Source: Pseudomonadota bacterium
GTDB taxonomy: Bacteria; Bdellovibrionota; FAC87; UBA2466
Reading direction: 5' to 3'
DNA length: 64,000 nucleotides
NCBI GenBank assembly: GCA_043767805.1
Contig: JAYUGC010000036.1
Coordinates: forward strand, 18,875-82,874
Shown piece after piece: positions 10,210 to 19,208 of the stretch. The number at the start of each line of letters is the position of its first letter. Position 1 is the first letter of the stretch. The notes beneath the pieces are model-generated. The model worked only from the letters and a program-made list of their open reading frames with translations. It was not told where the DNA came from and did no database searches. The translations under genes and the position numbers were made by a program.

Positions 10210-11243
10210 GCTTTCCGGGCTTTTTTAGAGGGTCGTAGGGTGGCTGCTTCGAGCACGGGCCAGACGTGTCGGATTTCATCGACGAAATTTTGGTACCCAA
10301 GGGCCGGGATAAAGTTCGCGTTCACTCTCGCCTGCAGAAAGTGCAGAGCAAACAGCACGGTGATGATGAGGCTTCCCGTGCAAAAGCATAGCCCGATGAC
10401 GGCCGTGAGAATCACCGAGAGAGGAAGCGAGTAGTCCCAGATGAATTGTCCTCCGACGGCCGCGCCGAACGCGGTGGCTCCAATGAGCTCTCCCAAGCCC
10501 GTCACGATAAGCATGCGCGCGACGACCGTTTCGCTGAACACGGACAGAGCGCTCATGCCGTGATTCACGAGATCGATAAAGCGCATCTTCGATTCTCCCA
10601 TGAGCCGTTTGGCGCGATGGGTGGGAATCGTCGTGTAGGCAAGGCGAGTCTTCAAGACCGCCGCCGCATAGTGATTCCAAAGCTCGCTCGCGATGACCAG
10701 CTCATGCAGGAGCTCGGGCGGCAGCGCGCTAAAATTACCGAAGCGAATCGAGTGGCCCACCAGCAATTTGTGGAGCAAGCGGTAGCACTGATAGAAGAAA
10801 CGAAAGACGGGGCCTTCCGAGCGGAGCGTCCGTTCGGCGAAAACGACTTTGGTTTGTCCCGTGGTTTCGAGCTCGCTCAGGAGTCTCGGAATGTCCTGGG
10901 GCGAGTCCTCACCGTCCGCGTCCATGACGACGACCGGTAACGCGGGAGTCAGCTGAGCCAAGTGAGAGAGTCCGACGGCCAAGGCCCGTTGGTGGCCCAG
11001 GTTTCTCCGCAGCCGAAGGATTTGCACGTCTCTCAGCGCCGAGTCCTCGGGGAGAGTCGGCGGAAGCGCGAAAGGCTGCTTTGAGCTATCGTCGACGATC
11101 CAAACTTCCGCGGTGAGCTCGTTCGCCCGCAACACAGTGTCCACATTTTGAAGCAGTTTTCCCACCGCTTCCCAATCATTGAAGACCGGGATGAGCAGCC
11201 GGAAACTCTTTGCGGCCGAAGGGGGTGCCACTTTCGAAATCAC
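10206..11243 (-). CDS. Glycosyltransferase family 2 (GtrB/ArnC-like) with C-terminal TM helices
   Basis: IPVFND, VDD.S, RNLGHQRA, MDADGED; start placed at GTG 11243 (uncertain) rather than 12098. Confidence 0.85.
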   Translation of the reverse strand: MISKVAPPSAAKSFRLLIPVFNDWEAVGKLLQNVDTVLRANELTAEVWIVDDSSKQPFALPPTLPEDSALRDVQILRLRRNLGHQRALAVGLSHLAQLTPALPVVVMDADGEDSPQDIPRLLSELETTGQTKVVFAERTLRSEGPVFRFFYQCYRLLHKLLVGHSIRFGNFSALPPELLHELVIASELWNHYAAAVLKTRLAYTTIPTHRAKRLMGESKMRFIDLVNHGMSALSVFSETVVARMLIVTGLGELIGATAFGAAVGGQFIWDYSLPLSVILTAVIGLCFCTGSLIITVLFALHFLQARVNANFIPALGYQNFVDEIRHVWPVLEAATLRPSKKARKA

Positions 11244-11297
11244 TCTATGTACTCCAAGGGTTCCCCACTCTATCGGCTTTTGGGAAACACCCCTTGA

Positions 11298-11313
11298 TGG
11301 CACCTCCTTTGCA
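11298..11313 (+). promoter_or_regulatory. sigma54 -24/-12 promoter
   Basis: TGGCAC-CTCCT-TTGCA, exact consensus, 26 nt before ATG 11340. Confidence 0.75.
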
Positions 11314-11339
11314 AATCTAAACGGCAGGAGGGACCTTCC

Positions 11340-12113
11340 ATGATAGCTCGTCGCGTCGCTGGCTTTCGCTTTCTGGGTTTCGACATCGGGCTGGATCCGA
11401 GCTGGATCTTTCTGGCGTCGCTGGTCACCTGGGCTTTGGCCATGGGGTTGTTTCCCTTCCACTATCCCGGCCTCGCCCCGAGAGCCTATTGGACCATGGG
11501 GGCCTTGGGCGCTCTTGGACTCGTCGCCTCCGTTTTGGTTCATGACATGAGCCGCGCCGCAATGGCCCGGCGGGAGGGAACTCTGATGCAGGGAATCACC
11601 TTGTCTCTGTTTGGAGGGCAAACGGAAGCTGACGCGGAGCCGCGTAATCCAAAGGCCGAGCTTTGTAGTGCTTTGGCGGGTCCGCTCGCGAGCTTGATTT
11701 TGATGGGGGCTACTTTTCTCATTCTCATCTTGGCCCACGGCTTTGCTTGGTCCGCGGCGGTCATCGGCGTGCTTGGTTTCATTTGCGCCATCAATGCCGT
11801 GCTCGTTCTCTTTAACCTTTTGCCCGTGTTTCCCTTGGACGGCGGCCGGCTGGTGCGAGCGGGAATCTGGCAGTGGAAGAAGAACTTCGTCGAGGCCACT
11901 CGTCTGGCCACGCAAACGGGAGAAGGAGTCGGCTGGGCTTTCGTGATCGTCGGAGCTTTGGGATTTCTCCGAGGCAATCTCGTGGCGGGGCTGTGGTGGT
12001 GTCTCGTCGGGCTTTTTCTGCGGGGAACGGCAAAGGCGGCCTTCCAACAAATTTTCTCCACTCCTGCCGACGTCCTTCCCCCTTACGAAGAATCCCACCG
12101 CAACGCCGCCTAA
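11340..12113 (+). CDS. Site-2 protease (M50) family protein with degenerate active site
   Basis: AGPLAS and FNLLPVFPLDGG retained; HExxH replaced by HDMSR. Confidence 0.85.
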   Translation: MIARRVAGFRFLGFDIGLDPSWIFLASLVTWALAMGLFPFHYPGLAPRAYWTMGALGALGLVASVLVHDMSRAAMARREGTLMQGITLSLFGGQTEADAEPRNPKAELCSALAGPLASLILMGATFLILILAHGFAWSAAVIGVLGFICAINAVLVLFNLLPVFPLDGGRLVRAGIWQWKKNFVEATRLATQTGEGVGWAFVIVGALGFLRGNLVAGLWWCLVGLFLRGTAKAAFQQIFSTPADVLPPYEESHRNAA

Positions 12114-12197
12114 AAAGGTGTCTGGATACTTTTAGCTAAAACTGGGGTGGCAAATTTGATGCCGGTCTTGGCTAAAAGTATCCAGACACCTTTTTAG
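12110..12197. repeat. Palindromic element copy 1 (REPIN/MITE-like)
   Basis: Perfect 27-bp inverted repeat CTAAAAAGGTGTCTGGATACTTTTAGC (12110-12136 / 12171-12197), 34-nt spacer; second copy at 32156. Confidence 0.9.
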
Positions 12198-12214
12198 TTC
12201 TTATACTTTGGCGG

Positions 12215-13990
12215 ATGGATAGCCATGCTTTCTTGCTTAACCTTGCGGCGTTCTTGGGGACCGCGGTCATTGCCGTTCCTTTGTTTCAAAGAATAGGACT
12301 GGGATCGGTTCTGGGATTTCTCGCCGCCGGCTCCCTGCTCGGGCCTTGGGGCATTCGCCTCATTACCGACGTAAAAAGCATCTTGAGCTTCGCCGAGCTG
12401 GGCGTGGTGCTTCTGCTCTTCGTCATCGGCCTGGAACTAAAGCCCAGCCGTCTCTGGGTGATGCGAAGAACCGTGTTCGGGTCGGGCGGCGCGCAGGTGG
12501 CGCTAACGACCCTCGTTCTCGCCGTCATCGGGCATTTCCTCGGGCTTTCGCCTGCCGCGGCCTTCGTCGCGGGACTTGGCCTTTCGCTCTCTTCGACCGC
12601 GTTCGCTCTGCAAATCCTCTCTGAGCGGGGACAGCTCAATACGATTTCGGGACGTGTCTCTTTTGCGATTCTTCTCTTTCAAGACATGGCGGTCATCCCG
12701 CTCCTAGGTCTCATCCCGCTTCTCGGAGGCGCCGAAGCCGCCGTTTCCGCGACCAGCTTCGCCCTCGGCACGCTGAAAGTCGTCGCGGTGATAGCCGGCA
12801 TCGGAGTGGGCGGAAGATTTCTTCTGCGGCCTCTCTTTCGCATGGTGGCCAAGACCCGCATGAAGGAAGTTTTCACCGCGGCGGCCCTTCTCGTCGTCGT
12901 CGGTACGGGTCTTCTGATGGAGGCAGTCGGCATGTCGATGGCGCTGGGCACCTTCCTTGCCGGCGTTCTCCTGGCTGATTCCGAGTTTCGCCACGAGATT
13001 GAGACCGACATCGATCCCTTCAAAGGTTTGCTCCTTGGCCTCTTCTTCATGGCCGTCGGGATGTCCGTCGATTACGGCTTGATTCTTAGCCAGCCGCTCA
13101 CGGTATTTGGCTTGGTTCTGGGTTTCATGGCGATAAAGATCGCCATCACTTATGGCCTTGGCCGGAGAACGGGCTTGAACCCGGAATCGGCTCGCAACCT
13201 GGCGTTCGTCCTTCCGCAGGGAGGCGAGTTCGCCTTCGTGCTTTTCGCGGTGGCGTCTCAAAGTGGCGTGATGCCGGTTCCGCTCGCTAACCTCCTCGTC
13301 GTGGTAGTGACTGTCTCGATGGCTTTGAGCCCCATTCTCTTCTCGGTGAACGAGACTTACTTTTGCTACCGCAAACAGAAGCAGGCGTCCGCTCCGTTCG
13401 ACACTTTGCCGAGCGAAGCCAATCCCATCATCATCGCGGGCTTCGGACGTGTCGGTCAGATCGTAGGCCGTCTGCTACGCGTGCAGGGCATCAAGTACAC
13501 GGCGCTGGAACTTGATTCCGAACAAGTAGAGCTCGTGCGCCGCTTCGGCACCGAGATTTATTACGGCGATGCTTCCCGGCTCGATTTGCTGGAGATGGCC
13601 GGCGCGAAAACCGCGAAGGCGTTCGTCCTGGCCATCGATGACATCGAGTCCTCGGTAAAGACCGCGAAAGTGGTGCGGGAGCATTTTCCGCATTTGAAAA
13701 TCTTCGCGCGTGCCCGCAACCGGGCCCACGTATACGAGCTGATGAACCTAGGGGTCACTCTTATCAGCCGTGAGACCTTCGGATCGAGTCTCGAGATGGC
13801 CCGCGATCTGCTCGTCGATCTGGGAGTCGAGACGAGTAAAGCCGAGCGCATGGTCGCCAAATTCCGCGACCACGACGAGAAGACTTTGCAAGGCCAATAC
13901 GAGATTCACGGCGACGAGAAAAAGATGATCGCGTTTAACCGCCAAGCCGTGGCGCAGCTGGCCGATCTGTTCCGCGCCGACCAAACTTAA
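12215..13990 (+). CDS. kefC: Glutathione-regulated K+ efflux antiporter (CPA2 plus KTN domain)
   Basis: AELGVVLLLF.IGLEL, LSSTAF, PFKGLLLGLFF, GFGRVGQ KTN motif. Confidence 0.9.
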   Translation: MDSHAFLLNLAAFLGTAVIAVPLFQRIGLGSVLGFLAAGSLLGPWGIRLITDVKSILSFAELGVVLLLFVIGLELKPSRLWVMRRTVFGSGGAQVALTTLVLAVIGHFLGLSPAAAFVAGLGLSLSSTAFALQILSERGQLNTISGRVSFAILLFQDMAVIPLLGLIPLLGGAEAAVSATSFALGTLKVVAVIAGIGVGGRFLLRPLFRMVAKTRMKEVFTAAALLVVVGTGLLMEAVGMSMALGTFLAGVLLADSEFRHEIETDIDPFKGLLLGLFFMAVGMSVDYGLILSQPLTVFGLVLGFMAIKIAITYGLGRRTGLNPESARNLAFVLPQGGEFAFVLFAVASQSGVMPVPLANLLVVVVTVSMALSPILFSVNETYFCYRKQKQASAPFDTLPSEANPIIIAGFGRVGQIVGRLLRVQGIKYTALELDSEQVELVRRFGTEIYYGDASRLDLLEMAGAKTAKAFVLAIDDIESSVKTAKVVREHFPHLKIFARARNRAHVYELMNLGVTLISRETFGSSLEMARDLLVDLGVETSKAERMVAKFRDHDEKTLQGQYEIHGDEKKMIAFNRQAVAQLADLFRADQT

Positions 13991-14523
13991 GCCGCGCGCT
14001 CGTATCTCTCCTCGAAAGGCTCCTGGGTGACGCGAGCCTCTTGCTGGAAGAGATAAGGCGCCGTTCCCAAGACTCCTCCGTAAACGAGATGAGCCAGGAA
14101 CCAGGCCGCGGGCATGAGCTCGAGCCGCGTGCTCATCACCGGATTTAGGGACGGCAAGAGAAGATAAGTCGCCGTGCCCCAGACCACGAGCGCCGAGGCC
14201 ACGCTCAGTACCATGCACGCGCTTCGGGTGAGATCCGCCGGTAGAAAGTAGCCGTAGGCAGCCCCCAGTCCCGAGGAAATGGCGAGATGGATGAGCAGGC
14301 CGGTTATCCCAGTTCCGGCACCTCCAATCAGCGCCTCGGTACCAAAAATAACGGCGGCGATTTGGTTGAGCGGAAACCAGAATCCCATCCCGGTGGCGGC
14401 CGAAAAAATCATGAGGAGGAGAATCATTCCGAGGCCCGCGATGAGTCCCATCTTAGCGCTCGCTTGAACTCGATCTCGCTTTTCAAAAGGAGTCAGTAAT
14501 TCGGGAGTCCAAAGTTTCGCCAT
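13987..14523 (-). CDS. Four-TM hypothetical membrane protein
   Basis: Hydrophobic helices with GLLIH and AHLVYG; AGGAG RBS. Confidence 0.75.
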   Translation of the reverse strand: MAKLWTPELLTPFEKRDRVQASAKMGLIAGLGMILLLMIFSAATGMGFWFPLNQIAAVIFGTEALIGGAGTGITGLLIHLAISSGLGAAYGYFLPADLTRSACMVLSVASALVVWGTATYLLLPSLNPVMSTRLELMPAAWFLAHLVYGGVLGTAPYLFQQEARVTQEPFEERYERAA

Positions 14524-14536
14524 ACGAGGTCTCCTT

Positions 14537-15100
14537 TCACTCAGCCTTCCGGCCGAGGAGGGTGAAAGTCAGATCCAAATGCTGGGCTAAAATGGGACGC
14601 ATCCTGACGATGTGATTGCGGACATCCGACACGGGCAAGTTACCCACGGCATCGGTCAAGGTTTGCAGGGCTTCTTCGTTTTCCCCTTTGATGAGTTTCA
14701 AGAACTCTCCATCGAATTGATCGGTCGGCAGCTTACCCAGCTCCGTGATGAGCTCTTGATGGCGAAGGGAGTCCATTTTCTCGTGAGGAGCGACATCTTC
14801 GTTAGACACAGCCACTTTCATCTCGTCGGCAAGGTCGATGAGCATGCCATCCGCCAGACGATGGTCGCGCATCAAGCGATCGCCGTAAGCGCGTATCTCG
14901 GGGGTGGTCCCCTTTTGCTTGGCGAGCTCTCCCAAGCGTATTTCGTGGAGGTGAGTGCGGTGCACGGACGTCACTACCTGCGTCAAAGGCGGTCGCTTAA
15001 CGCCGAGCTGGGCAGCGCCCTTGGTCGCAAGCAGCGCGGCCAACACTAATGCGACACCCACAGACCAGAAGTGATCGTTTCTGTTGCGGAAGGGCTTCAT
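14537..15100 (-). CDS. DUF4142 domain protein
   Basis: EI.LGELA.QKG..PEIRAYG..L..DH, FD..F, P.L..HL; signal peptide. Confidence 0.8.
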   Translation of the reverse strand: MKPFRNRNDHFWSVGVALVLAALLATKGAAQLGVKRPPLTQVVTSVHRTHLHEIRLGELAKQKGTTPEIRAYGDRLMRDHRLADGMLIDLADEMKVAVSNEDVAPHEKMDSLRHQELITELGKLPTDQFDGEFLKLIKGENEEALQTLTDAVGNLPVSDVRNHIVRMRPILAQHLDLTFTLLGRKAE

Positions 15101-15136
15101 ACCCAATCTCCTTTGGGGATACCGATGAAATCAGAT

Positions 15137-15152
15137 TGCAAAAGCCGTGCTA
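15137..15152 (-). promoter_or_regulatory. sigma54-like promoter
   Basis: TAGCAC-GGCTT-TTGCA upstream of the DUF4142 gene (one mismatch in the GG). Confidence 0.5.
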
Positions 15153-15454
15153 GCTTTTGTACCGGACCCGGCCGTTGTCTTATCCGAAGCGCGAGAGCCC
15201 GGCCGCGCCGTCAAAGAGCCGATGGGGTGACAGTCTTCCACGCAGTGCGCCCCCATTCGAAACGACCTTACGGATTTCCATTCCGAGCACGCGCAGTCTA
15301 TCCAAAGTCGCGACGTCGAATACCTTCGCTCGCTCCCTCACTGTCTTTTGCCATCCCGGCGGCACGGGAAGCTCGTCTTCTGGGTGACCTTCAGTGGAAG
15401 CGAGGCTAAGCGAGCCTGCATTTGCCCTGTCCCCGGGACGCGACGCCGTCGCTT

Positions 15455-15940
15455 TTAGGTGCCCGTTCTGAGGTCAATCTTTTCGTTGTGGGTACCACCG
15501 AACTTACCCGTGATGGCGGCCTTGGCCATTTCCAGATAGAACCGCGGTCCCGTGGGGCCTTCCCAGTACTCAGCGCCCTCGACGTCAAACTTAATGAGCG
15601 AGAGATGCGGATCGTCGACCCCTTCCGGGAACCACGCCTTGTAGCTCGGCTTCCAGAGCTCTTGGATTTTGGCTTTGTCCTTCACGACTTCCCCCGTGCC
15701 ATAGGCGGCGACGAAGCGGTTGCTGTCGGGATCGGCGTAAGTGACGTTGATGTCGCGGTTCTCGTAGAGCTCGTACACCTTCGCCGAATTATCGCTCGTG
15801 AAAAACCAAAGCGTTCCTTCGAATTCCACCTGCTGAGTCGCCATGGGACGGCTGTGGAGCTTTCCTTGAGAGGTAACGGTGGTGAGCATCGCCATGGGAA
15901 TACCTTTGATGAGGCTGCCTAGTTTCGCCTTCTGGTCCAT
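15455..15940 (-). CDS. General stress protein, pyridoxamine 5'-phosphate oxidase-like (YdaG/GSP26)
   Basis: AMLTT..LHSRPM, LWFFT, WFPEG.DDP, AEYW; AGGAGG RBS. Confidence 0.88.
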   Translation of the reverse strand: MDQKAKLGSLIKGIPMAMLTTVTSQGKLHSRPMATQQVEFEGTLWFFTSDNSAKVYELYENRDINVTYADPDSNRFVAAYGTGEVVKDKAKIQELWKPSYKAWFPEGVDDPHLSLIKFDVEGAEYWEGPTGPRFYLEMAKAAITGKFGGTHNEKIDLRTGT

Positions 15941-15965
15941 AGGACCTCCTTTCTTAGCCTCTACT

Positions 15966-15981
15966 TACAAATTGCGGGCCA
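15966..15981 (-). promoter_or_regulatory. sigma54-like promoter
   Basis: TGGCCC-GCAAT-TTGTA upstream of the general stress gene. Confidence 0.45.
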
Positions 15982-16000
15982 TAGTCAGGTGGCGCTTAAG

Positions 16001-16618
16001 CTACTCAGCCTTCTTCTCGAAATAGCGGAGATCGACAAAGAGCGAAGCGGCCAGAACCAGGAAACGCTCTTCGGGGCTCAAAGACGCGGATTGAAACTGA
16101 ATGCGAAACTGATCCGCGTCGGTAAACACCTCGGTTAATAGACCCGACCATCGTTTCTGTAAGAGAGCGACTTCCATGCCGTTCTTCTGGAACGCGAACG
16201 TCCAGGGACTCCAGAGCGGAGAGCGGACGCGAAGGAGCTCTCGTCCCGAAGAATCGAGGACGTCGAAGCACTTGCTGAAAAACGCGAACCGCTGCTCGAG
16301 CGCGCCCACCTCCTTTCCTTCCTCGGTGACTATCTCCAGCCGCTGAAAGAAAAGCCGGAAAGGATGGTTCACCCGAAAAATGGGCCGCTTATCTCTATCG
16401 AAAATCACGATGTTGAACCGGCGCCAGTGACCGAACCATTGTCTGAAAAAGAAACCGAGAATCCCTTTCTGCTGCTCGGCCGCAAAGCCGATGCTTTCAC
16501 CGGACTCGAGCCGAAGCTCGTACTTATTGCGCGTTTCGTAGCCGAAGAGCTCCGGTAGCTCCCGTCTTTGGATGACGTAAAGCACTTTTTCCCGGCCAAT
16601 GGCGTCTAACAAACTCAT
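16001..16618 (-). CDS. Phospholipid scramblase (Tubby-like/LURP-one) family protein
   Basis: ET.NKY, KRWSG...E.FTDAD.F, L..D..YFE; ATGA overlap with the oxygenase stop. Confidence 0.8.
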   Translation of the reverse strand: MSLLDAIGREKVLYVIQRRELPELFGYETRNKYELRLESGESIGFAAEQQKGILGFFFRQWFGHWRRFNIVIFDRDKRPIFRVNHPFRLFFQRLEIVTEEGKEVGALEQRFAFFSKCFDVLDSSGRELLRVRSPLWSPWTFAFQKNGMEVALLQKRWSGLLTEVFTDADQFRIQFQSASLSPEERFLVLAASLFVDLRYFEKKAE

Positions 16619-17601
16619 TTGAGCACGCGGTTCCCCAAGGCGGGAAACACCTTTCCAATTTTTCTCATTAGGTACTCTCCATACGTTCCCTGAAACGCAT
16701 GGACGCTTTCCCGATCCCACCGCTCGTCCCGATCGTCTCTGGCGGGCGGCTGGCTCGCGAGCTCGATGGGTCTCACGTCGGCTTTGAAATTCGGATCGAA
16801 GAAAAAAGGAAACGAAAGGCGATCTTTGCCGGAAACATTGCGAACCAGGTGCGGCGTCGAGCGGTAAAGCCCACCCGTCATGCGATCGAGCATGTCGCCC
16901 AAGTTGCAGACGAAGGTTCCCGGAATGGGCGGCGCAGAGAGCCACCCATTCGGAGTTTTGATTTCGAGACCGCCGCAGTCGTCCTGCTTCAAGATCGTGA
17001 GGATTCCGTAATCGGTATGTTCGCCCACGCCCCAATCCGGAGAGTTCTTCGGCAAGGGCGGATAATGGAAGAGACGAAAGAGAATCAGAGGGTCCGCCGT
17101 ATAGCGCGCGTGAAAGTAATCGGGAGTAAGTCCGAGCGCGAGGGCGATACCCTCCATCAGCGTGTGCCCGAGCCGAGTCATCGCTTTCAAATAATCGAGG
17201 ACCACGGTGCGGAGCTCGGGCAAGTCTTTGGGGAAAAGGTTCGGGCCGTGAAGCGGTAGGCCTGGCTTTCCTTCGCTTCCGAAGTAAATGCCCTCTTTCC
17301 GATCGGGTTTGCCGGAGGTGAGCTCTCCTCCCAAAGGAAAATAGCCGCGCCACGCGGATCCGCCCCGGCTCATCTCCATCTCACGCTTCGCGCTCTCCGG
17401 TTTCGAGAAGAACTCGCGGCTCAAAGCCTCGAGCCGCGCTTGCAGCCCCTCATCCACGCCGTGATTTTTCACGTAAAAGAAGCCGGATGCCCGGCAGGCT
17501 TGGTCGATTTCCCGGGCGAGCGCGTCGCGGCGAGCGGACTTGTCTCTCAAGGGCCCGACGTCGAGCACGGGCAGGGAAGCGGGGAAAGCTGGCTCGTCCA
17601 T
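16615..17601 (-). CDS. 2-oxoglutarate/Fe(II) dioxygenase, isopenicillin N synthase family
   Basis: GFFYVKNHGV, HTD, STPH.V and R.S motifs. Confidence 0.92.
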   Translation of the reverse strand: MDEPAFPASLPVLDVGPLRDKSARRDALAREIDQACRASGFFYVKNHGVDEGLQARLEALSREFFSKPESAKREMEMSRGGSAWRGYFPLGGELTSGKPDRKEGIYFGSEGKPGLPLHGPNLFPKDLPELRTVVLDYLKAMTRLGHTLMEGIALALGLTPDYFHARYTADPLILFRLFHYPPLPKNSPDWGVGEHTDYGILTILKQDDCGGLEIKTPNGWLSAPPIPGTFVCNLGDMLDRMTGGLYRSTPHLVRNVSGKDRLSFPFFFDPNFKADVRPIELASQPPARDDRDERWDRESVHAFQGTYGEYLMRKIGKVFPALGNRVLK

Positions 17602-17825
17602 GGGAGTAAGGTAATCCCCCCAATGAACCTAAGTCCACTTTCCCCTTAGCCTAGGGTAAAATTAAGACTAGGCCATAATCTCTTCTCTCCCCGCGACTCG
17701 CTGGTAACAGGTGATAAAGAACACTGCGTTCGAATCGATCCTCAGGCCTGAACTTCTTTACGGTAGATAGAGAGCATTCCCCGCGCCCAGCCAATCCAGT
17801 CACGACACAAAAACAGGGAGATCCC

Positions 17826-19208
17826 ATGAGACCGAGCCTAATGATTGCGGTACTCGCGAGCGTCATGAATTTGACGGCGATGGCCGCGAAGCCAAAATTG
17901 ACCGCCGAAGTTTTGAGCCGCGTGCCCGAGAAATACAATATCAACGCCAAGAAGAACCGGGCGGCGAAGGAAGAGCTCGAAGATCTCATCGAAAGCTGCG
18001 GATCGGGCGTGGTCGAAGGGGCGGTCTCCCGTACGGGCGAGGCGCTCACCAACCGTTGCAGCTTCCAAGTTAAGCTCGACGAGCTTTTCTTCCGGCCTAC
18101 CGCCGAAAAGACGGGTCTTTTGCCCGATAGGGATTGGGCTTATCAAGACGGCGTGACCTTTTTCGAGCCCAAGGTAAATGTCGCGGAACTTCCCGATAGC
18201 TTCGACTTGCGGGACTTGATGAAAAACGGCCAGCCCGAGATCCGCACCCAAAATTGCGGCGACTGCTGGGCGTGGGCCACTCACCACGGCCTGGAAATCG
18301 CGCGCGCCGTCCACGATCAAAAGGCGCTCGATCTTTCCATTCAGACCGTGCTCTCTTGCTCGAAGCAAGGATCCTGCGGCGGTGGTTACATGAGCGCGGT
18401 CGATTTCCTCGCGCACGGCTTGCCCTTCGAGGCGGATTTCCCCTACGCCGGCACGGATAAGACGTGCAAGTTCTCGTCGAGCGACATCACCAAAGGCTGG
18501 GAAGGCAAAACCATCGGCACGCCTTTCATCGGGGATTCGCTCGCCCATTCGCGCGCGAAGCAAAAGCACGACGGTAGCTACCGTGAAGGCAGTAAAGTGC
18601 AGCAGATGATGGCCGCCATGTACCAGTGGAAATCGCCGCTGGTGGTGACGGTCGCGGCTTACTCCATCTCGGGCCCCGGCATCTACAACTCCTGCAGCTC
18701 GATCAACTCGGGCGGTAACCACATGGTCACCATCGTGGGCTGGGATACGGTCGGCGGAAAACGCATCGCGAAAGTCTGGAACTCCTGGGGCAAAATCCAC
18801 GGCGAGAACGGCGTTTCCAAGATCCAATGGGAATGCGGCGACGGAAAGTTGAACCGCGGGCTCGGCGTCGAAGCGAAAATCGTGCAGTACAAGCCGCCTT
18901 GCACGCCGCCGGACGCGAGTCAAAGCTCCATGAAGGAAATGGTAAAGGGTGGAACCGTGCAAGTCGGCGCGGCCCAGCCCGCGGGCTCGAAGTGCTCATG
19001 GACGCCTACCGCGGGTCTCGCCGATCCGACGGCTTGCGTGACGCAAGCGAGTCCTGGCATGTCGACGGAGTATCACCTTTCCGTGGAGAACGACTGCGGC
19101 AAGAGCTCGAGCATGACCCTCGTTTACGTCTGGGGCATGCTCCGGGATACGGCGAACCGGCGCGATATGGTCCACACTCCGTTCGGAGACGTGCCTTACA
19201 GGCCTTGA
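17826..19208 (+). CDS. Secreted papain-family (C1) cysteine protease with C-terminal beta module
   Basis: QNCGDCWAW, NHMVTIVGW and WNSWG catalytic motifs; signal peptide. Confidence 0.9.
   Translation: MRPSLMIAVLASVMNLTAMAAKPKLTAEVLSRVPEKYNINAKKNRAAKEELEDLIESCGSGVVEGAVSRTGEALTNRCSFQVKLDELFFRPTAEKTGLLPDRDWAYQDGVTFFEPKVNVAELPDSFDLRDLMKNGQPEIRTQNCGDCWAWATHHGLEIARAVHDQKALDLSIQTVLSCSKQGSCGGGYMSAVDFLAHGLPFEADFPYAGTDKTCKFSSSDITKGWEGKTIGTPFIGDSLAHSRAKQKHDGSYREGSKVQQMMAAMYQWKSPLVVTVAAYSISGPGIYNSCSSINSGGNHMVTIVGWDTVGGKRIAKVWNSWGKIHGENGVSKIQWECGDGKLNRGLGVEAKIVQYKPPCTPPDASQSSMKEMVKGGTVQVGAAQPAGSKCSWTPTAGLADPTACVTQASPGMSTEYHLSVENDCGKSSSMTLVYVWGMLRDTANRRDMVHTPFGDVPYRP

Noticed and set aside
11244..12098. 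Long N-terminal extension of the GT2 ORF (likewise for ogt, scramblase, fdhD, xdhC and mocA in the ORF track)
   Set aside because: The extensions overlap other well-supported genes; internal starts with coupled stop/start fit better
15107..15454. Short ORFs between the DUF4142 and general stress genes
   Set aside because: No RBS or recognisable motif; probably promoter/enhancer DNA
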